Part shown: piece after piece, positions 8,854-17,905 of the stretch | How the letters are laid out: each line of letters opens with the position of its first letter | Numbering within the stretch: the first letter of the stretch is position 1 | Source of the DNA: a virus | Taxonomy: Duplodnaviria > Heunggongvirae > Uroviricota > Caudoviricetes | Length of the DNA stretch: 51,337 nt | Virus record (IMG/VR): IMGVR_UViG_3300043399_001190 | Reading direction: 5' to 3' (one strand) | The notes under the pieces: generated by a model | What the model saw: the letters and a program-made list of their open reading frames with translations, nothing else | Databases searched by the model: none | What the model was told of the DNA's origin: nothing | Made by a program: the position numbers and the translations under genes

Positions 8854-9158
8854 TTGACTATCACGAAGCCGTGAGACAGATGCACAAGGGCAATGTTGTT
8901 CGGTATATTGGCACCGTAAATGGCAATGTAATGACTACTAAGGGACACTCTTATTGTATGTGTCGTGGTGTCATTTTCTGTTATCGTGATGGTAAACCAG
9001 ACCACAAATCCAAAAATTGTATAGTATATGATCCAGATTTTCGTTATGAAATGACTGGTGAAACAGTTGATACGAGATGGTGGTATAAAGGTTACAAAAC
9101 TGACAAAGAAACTAAATCAAAACTTGGTTATAGTCGTGTAGGATTAGGTAATATATGA
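8850..9158 (+). CDS. hypothetical protein, paralog of 18996-19307
   Basis: MIDYHEAVRQMHKGNVVRYIGTVNGNVM...CMCRG...VYDPDFRYE...KSKLGYSRVGLGN. Confidence 0.8.
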   Translation: MIDYHEAVRQMHKGNVVRYIGTVNGNVMTTKGHSYCMCRGVIFCYRDGKPDHKSKNCIVYDPDFRYEMTGETVDTRWWYKGYKTDKETKSKLGYSRVGLGNI

Positions 9159-9352
9159 AAATTGAATTGACAAAACCAGACGGAACACCATATCTTTCTC
9201 TAAGAAAAGACACTAGGCTGGCTTACATTCAAATTCACGATTATGATTACTTTGGTGGTCCTGTAGAATTTAATTTTGATGTTAGAGCAATTCCTATGTT
9301 GATTGATGGTTTAAAAAAACTGGAAGAACAAGATGAACGAACGAATCGCTAA
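9155..9352 (+). CDS. hypothetical protein
   Basis: ATGA-coupled ORF. Confidence 0.7.
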   Translation: MKIELTKPDGTPYLSLRKDTRLAYIQIHDYDYFGGPVEFNFDVRAIPMLIDGLKKLEEQDERTNR

Positions 9353-9716
9353 ACTTGCCAATGAATCCGGCTTTGATGTTGATAAATCGGGTGCCTTCGG
9401 AAATTACTCCGAAATGCACCGAATCGAACAATTTGTTAATGCCTTAATTAAGGACGCATGTGTGGGTATCAGTGTCGATGATGCGGTTGAGATTTATGAG
9501 AAATATGGGCTGGAGTATAAGCCCACGATGTATAGAATTCCAGACTATGCGGATGTGTATACTGTCGAAGAATTTGAGCAACATGTAAATTCTGGTGCAA
9601 TTACAGATTATGATGGCTCTGGCTATTGGGCAACCGAAAAAGAAGATTGTGGTTTATCAGTCTGGTCGACCGTTAAACCTGAATGGGCAACTCATGTGAC
9701 TTGGTATAATAAATGA
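9333..9716 (+). CDS. MNER-family hypothetical protein with C-terminal extra domain
   Basis: MNERIAKLA start; C-terminal DYDGSGYWA...PEWATHVTWYNK. Confidence 0.75.
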   Translation: MNERIAKLANESGFDVDKSGAFGNYSEMHRIEQFVNALIKDACVGISVDDAVEIYEKYGLEYKPTMYRIPDYADVYTVEEFEQHVNSGAITDYDGSGYWATEKEDCGLSVWSTVKPEWATHVTWYNK

Positions 9717-9940
9717 AAAGAACTCAATTTGAAGCTGCTATGGATAAAAGACGAGCGGTTAAACAAGATGAAGCCTCAGGTTTAATTGCAGACTCACATG
9801 AAGTACGCTTGAAACTGATGGAAAGTGTGCATTCCGGTGAAATTACTTTGCAGGAAGCACAAAAACATTTGAAAAATATTCAAAATTCTGCTAAAATGAA
9901 TGGTATGAAAACTCGTGCCCAATCCTTCAATGAAGGTTAA
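9713..9940 (+). CDS. hypothetical protein
   Basis: ATGA-coupled ORF. Confidence 0.75.
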   Translation: MKRTQFEAAMDKRRAVKQDEASGLIADSHEVRLKLMESVHSGEITLQEAQKHLKNIQNSAKMNGMKTRAQSFNEG

Positions 9941-9943
9941 ATT

Positions 9944-10204
9944 ATGAACGAACGAACAAAAGAACTATGGGCAAAGTGTGTAATAAAACATGCTAACGAT
10001 CCTATGAACTGGCAAACGGTTGCTGATGGATTCGCCGAGTTGATTATTCGGGAATGTATGAGCATTTGTGATGTGGAAAAAGCCGATTATGATAAGTACC
10101 GAAAAGGTGCCTGGGACTTTGATGAAAAAAACATCTATAGTGAAGGTGCAGCGGCGTGTGATACAATCAAACACAAAATGAAGCATCGTTTTGGAGTTAA
10201 ATAG
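9944..10204 (+). CDS. MNER-family hypothetical protein
   Basis: MNERTKEL...FAELIIREC...HRFGVK. Confidence 0.8.
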   Translation: MNERTKELWAKCVIKHANDPMNWQTVADGFAELIIRECMSICDVEKADYDKYRKGAWDFDEKNIYSEGAAACDTIKHKMKHRFGVK

Positions 10205-10228
10205 TATCTGTGCAAACTCTGTTTTTCA

Positions 10229-10257
10229 TAAATAATCCTGTAGAATATACACAGGAG
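10229..10257 (+). promoter_or_regulatory. late promoter plus RBS-sequestering hairpin
   Basis: TAAATA at 10229; TCCTGT/ACAGGA stem covers the AGGAG RBS. Confidence 0.65.
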
Positions 10258-10262
10258 CAATT

Positions 10263-10793
10263 ATGACAAAAAAGATGCCACAGATGGCCAGAGACGGTAA
10301 AAATGGTCATGGAGAACCTAGACCTAAAGTTGTTTGTGTAGGATGTAAACAACTCTTGCCACAAAACTTGTTTTCGTATATAATCAAAGAAGATCCTTCA
10401 CAAGGTATCCGTGACAGGTGTAAATCCTGTTCGGCTGAAAAAGCCAGAAAAGAACGTGAACGCAGGAAAAATGATTGGAAGTACAAGCCTGCACAACATA
10501 TGTTAAACAATTCCAAACAACGTGCTAAAGCCTCAGGTTTAGAACACAATTTAACTATTGATGATATTGTTATACCGGATGTGTGTCCTGTTTTGGGAAT
10601 AAAATTGGAAACAGGCGACAGAAAAGAACATTACAATGCACCAAGTATTGATAGGATTGATAACACAAAAGGTTATCTAAAAGAAAATGTGGTAATAGTT
10701 TCAACAAGAGCAAACTTATTGAAAAAAGATGCTACAATTGATGAATTGATTATGATTGGTAATTTTTACCGTAACTTGAGAGACCAAAAGTGA
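10263..10793 (+). CDS. free-standing HNH/His-Me finger homing endonuclease-like protein
   Basis: CVGC...CKSC Zn finger; CPVLG...PSIDRIDNTKGY..ENVVIVS.RAN..K nuclease motif. Confidence 0.8.
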   Translation: MTKKMPQMARDGKNGHGEPRPKVVCVGCKQLLPQNLFSYIIKEDPSQGIRDRCKSCSAEKARKERERRKNDWKYKPAQHMLNNSKQRAKASGLEHNLTIDDIVIPDVCPVLGIKLETGDRKEHYNAPSIDRIDNTKGYLKENVVIVSTRANLLKKDATIDELIMIGNFYRNLRDQK

Positions 10794-11338
10794 ATATCTT
10801 TTATTTGTCGGAAAACGCACAAGAATGTGCTCAAATGCATGTGTCAAAGCATGTGACAAAAATGTGCATAGAATACCCCCAACTCATGTCAACGGCGCAT
10901 CGTGTCCTTGACGGTGAAGAATACACTGACTTGACCGCAAATGGTCGGCGTATCAAACGCTGGCGACTGAATGATGAACGTGAACAATCTCTAATGAAGG
11001 CTTCACACATCAATCATCCATCGGCCATCTGGTGTCGTGAAAATATTGAAAACTACAACTGGCTCTATGATATGTGGTCTTGTCTCTGTGACGAATACAC
11101 CTATCGTTACGGTAAAGTACATGCTTGTGCAAGACTCAAAGGTATACTGTATTCGGCTCCACGTAGAATTAAAGATGGTAAATTCTATGCGCCAACACCG
11201 GCAATGCCAGATGATGTAAAAATTCCCGGCAATTCGTTGGCGTCTTATCACAATTATTACAACACATCCAAACGTGGCTTTGCATCATGGCAAGGTAAAG
11301 TGAACTCTCGCCCAACTCCTGAGTGGTACAATGTCTGA
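10790..11338 (+). CDS. pyrimidine-dimer DNA glycosylase (DenV-like) family protein
   Basis: (GTG)NIFYL...KHVTKM..EYPQLMSTAHR, HINHPSAIW, EYTYRYGKVH, PTPAMPD. Confidence 0.8.
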   Translation: MNIFYLSENAQECAQMHVSKHVTKMCIEYPQLMSTAHRVLDGEEYTDLTANGRRIKRWRLNDEREQSLMKASHINHPSAIWCRENIENYNWLYDMWSCLCDEYTYRYGKVHACARLKGILYSAPRRIKDGKFYAPTPAMPDDVKIPGNSLASYHNYYNTSKRGFASWQGKVNSRPTPEWYNV

Positions 11339-11630
11339 CAAATATTTTGTAATTTCTGGCAACGTGCATGAATTCAGTGTTTTCATCAAAAAGAAATGTG
11401 AAGAATTATATGCTGCTGGAAACACCGACATATCTTATTCACATTTTGTCTATGTTGCAGATATTTTCAGCCTTAAAGGTTATTCCAACCCTACAGGTTG
11501 GTTTATTGGAACATGGCGAGAACGAAAAGACATTGATGAAATCATTGTTCAACTATTGATGGCGAAAAATGGTTTTACAAAGACCGAAGAATTTTCTTCG
11601 GTATTGGAATGGTTTAGAAGTAAAGGGTAA
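11331..11630 (+). CDS. hypothetical protein
   Basis: Overlapping ORF in operon. Confidence 0.7.
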   Translation: MSDKYFVISGNVHEFSVFIKKKCEELYAAGNTDISYSHFVYVADIFSLKGYSNPTGWFIGTWRERKDIDEIIVQLLMAKNGFTKTEEFSSVLEWFRSKG

Positions 11631-11638
11631 AAGTAAAA

Positions 11639-12103
11639 ATGAGTAATTTGATAAATCATGCTATGACAGAATTTCGTGCAGCGAAGTTCGTTGATGAGAA
11701 TGGCGTTTACTGTGACGAGATGCAGGAAGCCATTTGCAATCATGTTTTGAAATTGCTTGAAATTTTTTCTGAAGAGGGGCACTCCGGTTCTTCTGCACCT
11801 TATGCAATCAATATGTTTAAGACCTTGGCGATGTTTGAGCCAATCGTGCCACTGACGGGTGAAGATTGGGAGTGGGTTGAAGTTGCTCGACAAAATGGAC
11901 CTCTTTATCAAAATAAACGAGCAAGTCGTGTGTTTAAAGATGATGATGGTGCATATGATATTGATGGTATTGTGTGGTATGACTGGTACACCAATGATGC
12001 GGGTGAAAAATACAAATCACATTTTACCAATCATAAGAGTAAAGTACCTGTGACTTTTCCGTATACACCAAAAACAGAATATAAAGAATGGATTGAAGAA
12101 TGA
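11639..12103 (+). CDS. conserved phage hypothetical protein
   Basis: FSEEGHSGSSA, PLTGEDWEW, YQNKRASRVFKD motifs. Confidence 0.8.
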   Translation: MSNLINHAMTEFRAAKFVDENGVYCDEMQEAICNHVLKLLEIFSEEGHSGSSAPYAINMFKTLAMFEPIVPLTGEDWEWVEVARQNGPLYQNKRASRVFKDDDGAYDIDGIVWYDWYTNDAGEKYKSHFTNHKSKVPVTFPYTPKTEYKEWIEE

Positions 12104-12366
12104 GAGATAGTAAAGAAGTGATGGCCATTCTCCAAGAAGAATGCGCTGAGGTTATTCAAGCAATTTCTAAAATCAATAGATTTGGGCTTGAGTCTGAATG
12201 GCAAGGTGTTACAAATAAACAAGCACTTATTACCGAAATTGGTGATGTTTTAGCACTTATTAGTGTTCTTGTTGATGAAACTGACATAAATATTCATGAC
12301 GAAGATGTACATAAAGCCATCAACGCCAAATACAAAAAATTGGAAATCTTTTTACCCCATACTTAA
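12100..12366 (+). CDS. MazG-like NTP pyrophosphohydrolase
   Basis: LQEECAEVIQAISK..RFG...EIGDV. Confidence 0.75.
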   Translation: MRDSKEVMAILQEECAEVIQAISKINRFGLESEWQGVTNKQALITEIGDVLALISVLVDETDINIHDEDVHKAINAKYKKLEIFLPHT

Positions 12367-12367
12367 T

Positions 12368-12649
12368 ATGCGTTACGATTTTTTAAATAAAGAAACTGGT
12401 GAAGTTGAAACACACACAATGAGTTTCACAAAGCTTGATGAATTCAAAGAGCAAAATCCTCATCTAGAAAGATATTTCTCCGCTGAGAATCTACCAGGTT
12501 TCGGCGATGCTATGAGAATGTCTGTCCCAGGCACACAGAAGGCCGATTCAACATTTGAAAAATATGTCATTGATCGAATCAAGAAAACAGTCCCAGGCAA
12601 CACACTCCACAAAACACATAAAACAACATCAGGAAATAAGGAGTGGTAA
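12368..12649 (+). CDS. FmdB-like small protein
   Basis: MRYDFLNKETGEV...FKEQNPHLE; typical position upstream of phoH in T4-like phages. Confidence 0.6.
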   Translation: MRYDFLNKETGEVETHTMSFTKLDEFKEQNPHLERYFSAENLPGFGDAMRMSVPGTQKADSTFEKYVIDRIKKTVPGNTLHKTHKTTSGNKEW

Positions 12650-12668
12650 AAATAACGGAAGGAATTTA

Positions 12669-13442
12669 ATGGCTAGTAGAAAAACCCCACTACAGAAGCG
12701 TGAAGATGTTATTTCTATGGAAGAATATACAACGAAACATCAACCTGTTACAACAAATTCATTGAAAATAAAACTAGATCATTTAAAAACATTTGATCCA
12801 CTAACAGAAAATCAAAAACTTTTTTTCGATATGTATAGAGGTGGTGGTTACTTTATCGGGTTGTGGGGATCACCCGGTACAGGTAAAACCATGATATCAC
12901 TCTATAGAGCAATCGAAGAAGTTCTATCAAAAGACAACCCATTCAAACAAGTTGTTGTGGTACGTTCAATTGTACCAACAAGAGATGTTGGCTTCTTACC
13001 TGGCACTCTTGAAGAAAAACAAGAAATCTACGAATTACCATACAAAGAAATTTGTCAGACATTGTTCGGTCGACCAGATGCATGGGATAGGTTGAAAGAA
13101 CAAGGTCATGCAAGATTTATTTCGACCACAGCTATTCGTGGTATCTCAATTGACGATGCAATCATTATTGTTGATGAGTCACAGAATGCCACATGGGGTG
13201 AACTATCAACAGTTATGGGTCGTGTGGGTCACCGTTCAAAAATTATTTTCTGCGGTGATAAATTTCAAAACGATTTAACAAAGAAAGGCGATCAATCAGG
13301 TTTATCTACATTCTTAGAAGTTGCTAGAACCATGAATGAATATCAAGAGGTTGTTTTCACACCAGATGATATTGTTCGTTCAAGTCTTGTTAAGAATTTT
13401 ATTATTGCATGTGCAAATAAGAATTTGTTACCCGCTAATTAA
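12669..13442 (+). CDS. phoH: PhoH-like ATPase
   Basis: GSPGTGKT, GFLPGTLEEK, IRGISI, IIVDESQN, FCGD..Q.DL, DIVRSSLVK. Confidence 0.95.
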   Translation: MASRKTPLQKREDVISMEEYTTKHQPVTTNSLKIKLDHLKTFDPLTENQKLFFDMYRGGGYFIGLWGSPGTGKTMISLYRAIEEVLSKDNPFKQVVVVRSIVPTRDVGFLPGTLEEKQEIYELPYKEICQTLFGRPDAWDRLKEQGHARFISTTAIRGISIDDAIIIVDESQNATWGELSTVMGRVGHRSKIIFCGDKFQNDLTKKGDQSGLSTFLEVARTMNEYQEVVFTPDDIVRSSLVKNFIIACANKNLLPAN

Positions 13443-13453
13443 TTGGAGGTTTT

Positions 13454-13702
13454 ATGAGTGCAGTTGAAGTAAAAGAAAAACATAGCAAACGTATTCATGC
13501 TAGAGATGTAGCAATCAAAAAACAAATGAAGATCGCCAAAGCATATGGGATTGATGTTAAAGAGCCACATAAGTTTGCAAAACACCATGCTCTAGATTGC
13601 GGCACTCCCGGTTGCGTAATGTGTGGCAATCCACGTAAACTATATAAAGAAGAAACCATTCAAGAGCGAAGAGCTAAACAAGATAGAATTGAAATAGAAT
13701 AA
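13454..13702 (+). CDS. small basic Cys/His protein
   Basis: GGAGG RBS; HHALDCGTPGCVMCGNPRK. Confidence 0.8.
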   Translation: MSAVEVKEKHSKRIHARDVAIKKQMKIAKAYGIDVKEPHKFAKHHALDCGTPGCVMCGNPRKLYKEETIQERRAKQDRIEIE

Positions 13703-13705
13703 TTT

Positions 13706-14371
13706 ATGATTTATAATCACTGCCCACCTAAACAATTACCAAATTTAATTTCTGAAACACAATCAAACGGTACCAGATTTTACGTAACACCGAACGGTAT
13801 TAAGTTACCATCTGTCACAACAGTGGTTGGTGCCAAGAAAAAAAAGTCCATCATGGAATGGCGTAATCGTGTAGGTGAGCAGGAAGCAAATCGCATTTCA
13901 AAGTTAGCCACTGGTCGTGGTAATCGTGTACATGACTTAGCTGAGAGGTATCTAAAGAACGAAAAGATAGACTGGCAAAGAGAAATGCCAGATTCTGTTA
14001 TGATGTTTCGTTCTTTGATACCTCTCATGTTGAATATCAATAACATACATTACATTGAACAAGCATTGTGGTCTGAGAAAGTTGGTCTAGCTGGTCGCGT
14101 AGACTTGATTGCTGAATGGAACGGTGTTCTTTCTGTTATTGACTTCAAAACATCGAAAAGAATTAAACAAAAGGAAGATATTCCGGAATATTTTGCACAA
14201 TGTACTGCATATGCTGCAATGTATGAGGAACTTGTTGGTTCACCAATAGACCAATTAGTTGTGGTGATGGCGGTTGAAGATGAAAAACCTATCGTTTTTG
14301 TTGAAAAAACTGAAGATCACCTAGAAAATCTGGTGGAACATATAGATTTTTACCATAAAAGTGTTGCATAA
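13706..14371 (+). CDS. PD-(D/E)XK (Cas4-like) exonuclease
   Basis: PSVTTV, RGNRVH, AGRVDLI, VIDFKTS, YFAQCTAYA. Confidence 0.9.
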   Translation: MIYNHCPPKQLPNLISETQSNGTRFYVTPNGIKLPSVTTVVGAKKKKSIMEWRNRVGEQEANRISKLATGRGNRVHDLAERYLKNEKIDWQREMPDSVMMFRSLIPLMLNINNIHYIEQALWSEKVGLAGRVDLIAEWNGVLSVIDFKTSKRIKQKEDIPEYFAQCTAYAAMYEELVGSPIDQLVVVMAVEDEKPIVFVEKTEDHLENLVEHIDFYHKSVA

Positions 14372-14374
14372 ATA
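14369..14374 (+). promoter_or_regulatory. T4-type late promoter for the propeller cassette
   Basis: CATAAATA overlapping the upstream stop. Confidence 0.55.
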
Positions 14375-14401
14375 TAAAGGTAATAATTACAAGAACCTAA
14401 A

Positions 14402-15328
14402 ATGGCAACGACAATAAGTCAAACAACTGTAGTATATCCAGATACATCAACGGAATCATCGCTTAAGTCGCCGGTGAGGGCTATATTTGGATATGGATAT
14501 AATGACATTTCCAACCTCAGTATGACCAATTTCGTTAACAATTATGGCACACTTTCTGTTGATATCACTGGTGTAGGTACACAAAGAAATGTTCTAGCCG
14601 CAGCGGGTTATGGTGGTGATAAAGCCATATTTGGTTATGGTTATGCATCATCACAAGTTTCCTTAACAAACTTGGTTTCCAATCTGGGTGTTGTTGGTAA
14701 TGATGTAACTGGTGTTGGAACTGCAAGATATGAATTGTCCGCAGCGGGTTATGGTGGTGATAAAGCCATATTTGGTTATGGTTATACAACAGTGGAAGTT
14801 TCCTTAACAAACTTGGTTTCCAATCTCGGTGTTGTTGGTAATGATGTAACTGGTGTTGGAACTGCAAGACGAAGCCTTGCTGCGGCAGGTTATGGTGGAG
14901 ATAAAGCCATTTTTGGATATGGTGTCGGATCTGGTTATTTTAATTTAACCAATTTAGTATCTAATACGGGCGTTGTTGGTAATGATGTAACTGGTGTTGG
15001 AACTTCTAGAGAAGGTTTGGCAGCAGCAGGTTATGGTGGAGATAAAGCCATTTTTGGTTATGGTGATACAGGTTCTACATCCGTCAGTTTAACCAATTTA
15101 GTATCTAATACGGGCGTTGTTGGTAATGATGTAACTGGTGTTGGAACAGCAAGACTATACCTTGCGGCAGCAGGTTATGGTGGAGATAAAGCTATATTTG
15201 GATTTGGTTTTATTGGTTCTCCTGTTCGAACAACCAATTTGGTGTCAAATCTTGGTGTTGTTGCGACCAATATTACTGGGATTGGGACATCCAGATATAG
15301 TCTTGCAGCAGCATCATACAGTTCATAA
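14402..15328 (+). CDS. six-repeat beta-propeller-like (Kelch-like) protein A
   Basis: ~47-aa repeat R-xx-LAAAGYGGDKAIFGYG-x(5-9)-TNLVSNxGVVGNDVTGVGT, six AIFG units. Confidence 0.8.
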   Translation: MATTISQTTVVYPDTSTESSLKSPVRAIFGYGYNDISNLSMTNFVNNYGTLSVDITGVGTQRNVLAAAGYGGDKAIFGYGYASSQVSLTNLVSNLGVVGNDVTGVGTARYELSAAGYGGDKAIFGYGYTTVEVSLTNLVSNLGVVGNDVTGVGTARRSLAAAGYGGDKAIFGYGVGSGYFNLTNLVSNTGVVGNDVTGVGTSREGLAAAGYGGDKAIFGYGDTGSTSVSLTNLVSNTGVVGNDVTGVGTARLYLAAAGYGGDKAIFGFGFIGSPVRTTNLVSNLGVVATNITGIGTSRYSLAAASYSS

Positions 15329-17215
15329 AGAGAATAATAAATGGCAGTAACACTCACTTCAACTGGCGTTCTCTACAACGACACTACAACAATCACAAAT
15401 AGTGTGACTGCGACTAGAGCTATATTTGGGTATGGTTATAGTTCTGCTTTTACGGCCGTTAGTGTAACAAATTTAGTTAATAATTATGGGCAAGTTGCCA
15501 CAGACACAACAGGTGTGGGAACTGCAAGATACGACTTAGCGGCCGCAGGTTATGGTGGTGACAAAGCAATATTTGGATATGGCGCACTCACTGACGGCAC
15601 CGTTGTTTCAATGACCAATTTAGTATCTAATTTGGGTGTTGTTGGAAACAATGTAACTGGAGTTGGAACAGCAAGAAAAGGTTTGGCCGCCGCAGGTTAT
15701 GGTGGCGATAAAGCAATTTTTGGTTATGGATGGAACGGATCATCAACTGTCAGTTTGACAAACCTTGTATCCAATACAGGTGTTGTTGGAAACGATGTAA
15801 CAGGAGTTGGAACAACAAGACAACTATTGGCTGCCGCTGGTTATGGTGGCGATAAAGCAATTTTCGGATATGGCGGGGGTGCATCAATTTATTCATTAAC
15901 CAATTTAGTTTCAAATACAGGTGTTGTTGGAAACGATGTAACAGGAGTTGGAACAGCAAGAACACAGTTAGCTGCTGCTGGCTATGGTGGTGATAAAGCA
16001 ATTTTTGGTTATGGTTATGAAAATTTATCAATGACCAATCTTGTATCAAATATCGGAGTTGTCAGCACAGATGTTACAGGCGTAGGTTCGGGAAGACACG
16101 GACCAGCCGCGGCAGGTTATGGTGGTGATAAAGCAATTTTTGGTTATGGTTATGCGAGCACAGTTACATGGTACAATTTGACTAATCTGGTGTCGAATAC
16201 GGGTGTTGTTAGTTCAGATGTTACAGGTGTCGGTACAACCAGATATAGTTTGGCGGCGGCCTCATACAGTTCATAAAGAGAAAATAAATGGCAACAAGTT
16301 TAGTAAGTCAGGGTGTTCAATATCCAAACGGTTCGATACGAACAAGTGGTAAATGGGCCGTTAAAGCAATATTCGGACATGGTGCAATAGTTGGTGGTGC
16401 TTATGGTGTAACAAATTTAGTAAACAACTACGGCGTGGTTTCCACGGATATTACTGCGGTAGGCACACCAAGATTTAGATTGGCCGCAGCAGGATATGGT
16501 GGCGATAAGGCCATATTCGGATATGGAAGTGATGATACAACAGTAAGAAGTTTCACCAATTTAATTTCAAATTTGGGTGTTTCATCATCAGATATCACTG
16601 GTGTTGGTACGGCGAGAAGAAATTTAGCAGCAGCTACTTATGGTGTTGATAAGGCCATATTTGGTTATGGGTTTTCAACTGCGAGTGTATCTTTGACAAA
16701 TTTGGTGTCGAATATTGGAGTTGTTGCAGGCGATACTACAGGTGTGGGTACTGCAAGAAATGGTTTAGCTGCGGCTGGATATGGTGGAGATAAAGCAATA
16801 TTTGGTTACGGATTTTCAACTGTAAATGTGTCATTAACAAATTTAGTTTCGAATTTAGGTGTGGTTGGCACAGATGTTACCGGTGTCGGAACTGCCAGAG
16901 TATATTTGGCCGCAGCAGGATATGGTGGCGATAAGGCCTTATTCGGATATGGTTACACCAGCACTCCTGTTTCAATGACTAATTTGGTTTCAAATGCCGG
17001 TGTAGTTGGTTCAGATGTTACCGGTGTTGGAACTGCTAGATACTATCTTGCGGCCGCGGGATATGGTGGCGATAAGGCCATATTCGGGTATGGAACAATT
17101 GGTAGCGCACCATATATAAATTTGACAAACTTGGTGACTAATTTGGGTTCCGTCGGTACTGATAAAACTGGCGTTGGAACAGCTAGATATGGTTTAGCCG
17201 CGGCATCATATAGTT
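14480..17215 (+). repeat. ~141-nt coding tandem repeats (about 18 units in three genes)
   Basis: For example CCGCAGCGGGTTATGGTGGTGATAAAGCCATATTTGGTTATGGTTAT recurs 141 nt apart in gene A. Confidence 0.95.
15341..16276 (+). CDS. six-repeat beta-propeller-like protein B
   Basis: Same repeat; ends RYSLAAASYSS. Confidence 0.8.
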   Translation: MAVTLTSTGVLYNDTTTITNSVTATRAIFGYGYSSAFTAVSVTNLVNNYGQVATDTTGVGTARYDLAAAGYGGDKAIFGYGALTDGTVVSMTNLVSNLGVVGNNVTGVGTARKGLAAAGYGGDKAIFGYGWNGSSTVSLTNLVSNTGVVGNDVTGVGTTRQLLAAAGYGGDKAIFGYGGGASIYSLTNLVSNTGVVGNDVTGVGTARTQLAAAGYGGDKAIFGYGYENLSMTNLVSNIGVVSTDVTGVGSGRHGPAAAGYGGDKAIFGYGYASTVTWYNLTNLVSNTGVVSSDVTGVGTTRYSLAAASYSS

Positions 17216-17220
17216 CATAA
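16288..17220 (+). CDS. six-repeat beta-propeller-like protein C
   Basis: Same repeat; ends RYGLAAASYSS. Confidence 0.8.
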   Translation: MATSLVSQGVQYPNGSIRTSGKWAVKAIFGHGAIVGGAYGVTNLVNNYGVVSTDITAVGTPRFRLAAAGYGGDKAIFGYGSDDTTVRSFTNLISNLGVSSSDITGVGTARRNLAAATYGVDKAIFGYGFSTASVSLTNLVSNIGVVAGDTTGVGTARNGLAAAGYGGDKAIFGYGFSTVNVSLTNLVSNLGVVGTDVTGVGTARVYLAAAGYGGDKALFGYGYTSTPVSMTNLVSNAGVVGSDVTGVGTARYYLAAAGYGGDKAIFGYGTIGSAPYINLTNLVTNLGSVGTDKTGVGTARYGLAAASYSS

Positions 17221-17251
17221 ATATTATTTTACATTATAGGAGAAAAATGAA

Positions 17252-17905
17252 ATGGCAGCAAAATTAAACAGTGAGTTTAATTATCGTTATCAAGTGATTG
17301 GTGAAACACCTTGGGAAAAAATTAAACAACTACAGAACTTTCTTGAGGGTCGCATTCGTGCAGCAGCATTAGAGGAAGTTTCCAATTTGAAATATAAAGC
17401 CAAAAAATCTGAATTGGATATGGCTATAAAAAACGGTGCCATGGATCATGTCATTATGAATCTACGGGCAGAACTTTTGGAAATGGAATCATTTTTTCCC
17501 GCTCAAGACCAAAGCTTTGAATTGAATCGTCAAGAGATTAAGATTTTAGAAAAACTTTTAGATGAGTTGTTTGAAATTGCGGAGCCAACGAGATTGAGAC
17601 ATGAAGATGGTACACCATATACCGATGAAGAAATGTTTGAAGCTAATGCAGCCAATGAATTTACGGTGATGATTGCAAAAGAAATTCAAGCAGAGATTTT
17701 AGCTAATGGTAGACCATCACCAGCAAAATTGCGTAATGCTATGTCTAATCCACATACATTTCATGCTCTGCAACAAGTTGGGTTTATTCCTAAAGAAGCA
17801 ATTTTGATTGAGGGTAACGTTGATCCGTTAAAAATTGAATTGCGCCCATCACCATCAATGATACCACTAACAGAAGAAGAAATCCAAAGATTGGAGAACA
17901 AGTAA
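17252..17905 (+). CDS. helical/coiled-coil protein of the propeller cassette
   Basis: AGGAG RBS; TAAATA at 17218; helical composition. Confidence 0.8.
   Translation: MAAKLNSEFNYRYQVIGETPWEKIKQLQNFLEGRIRAAALEEVSNLKYKAKKSELDMAIKNGAMDHVIMNLRAELLEMESFFPAQDQSFELNRQEIKILEKLLDELFEIAEPTRLRHEDGTPYTDEEMFEANAANEFTVMIAKEIQAEILANGRPSPAKLRNAMSNPHTFHALQQVGFIPKEAILIEGNVDPLKIELRPSPSMIPLTEEEIQRLENK

Noticed and set aside
13706-14371. Cas4 as part of a CRISPR system
   Set aside because: Stand-alone PD-(D/E)XK exonuclease in its usual T4-like position after phoH.
14565-16049. His/Gln-rich repetitive minus-strand ORFs
   Set aside because: Reverse-frame readouts of the propeller repeats.
14402-17220. CRISPR array or diversity-generating retroelement behind the repeats
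   Set aside because: The repeats are in-frame coding units with synonymous variation and loop indels. No reverse transcriptase, template repeat or cas operon is present in the window.
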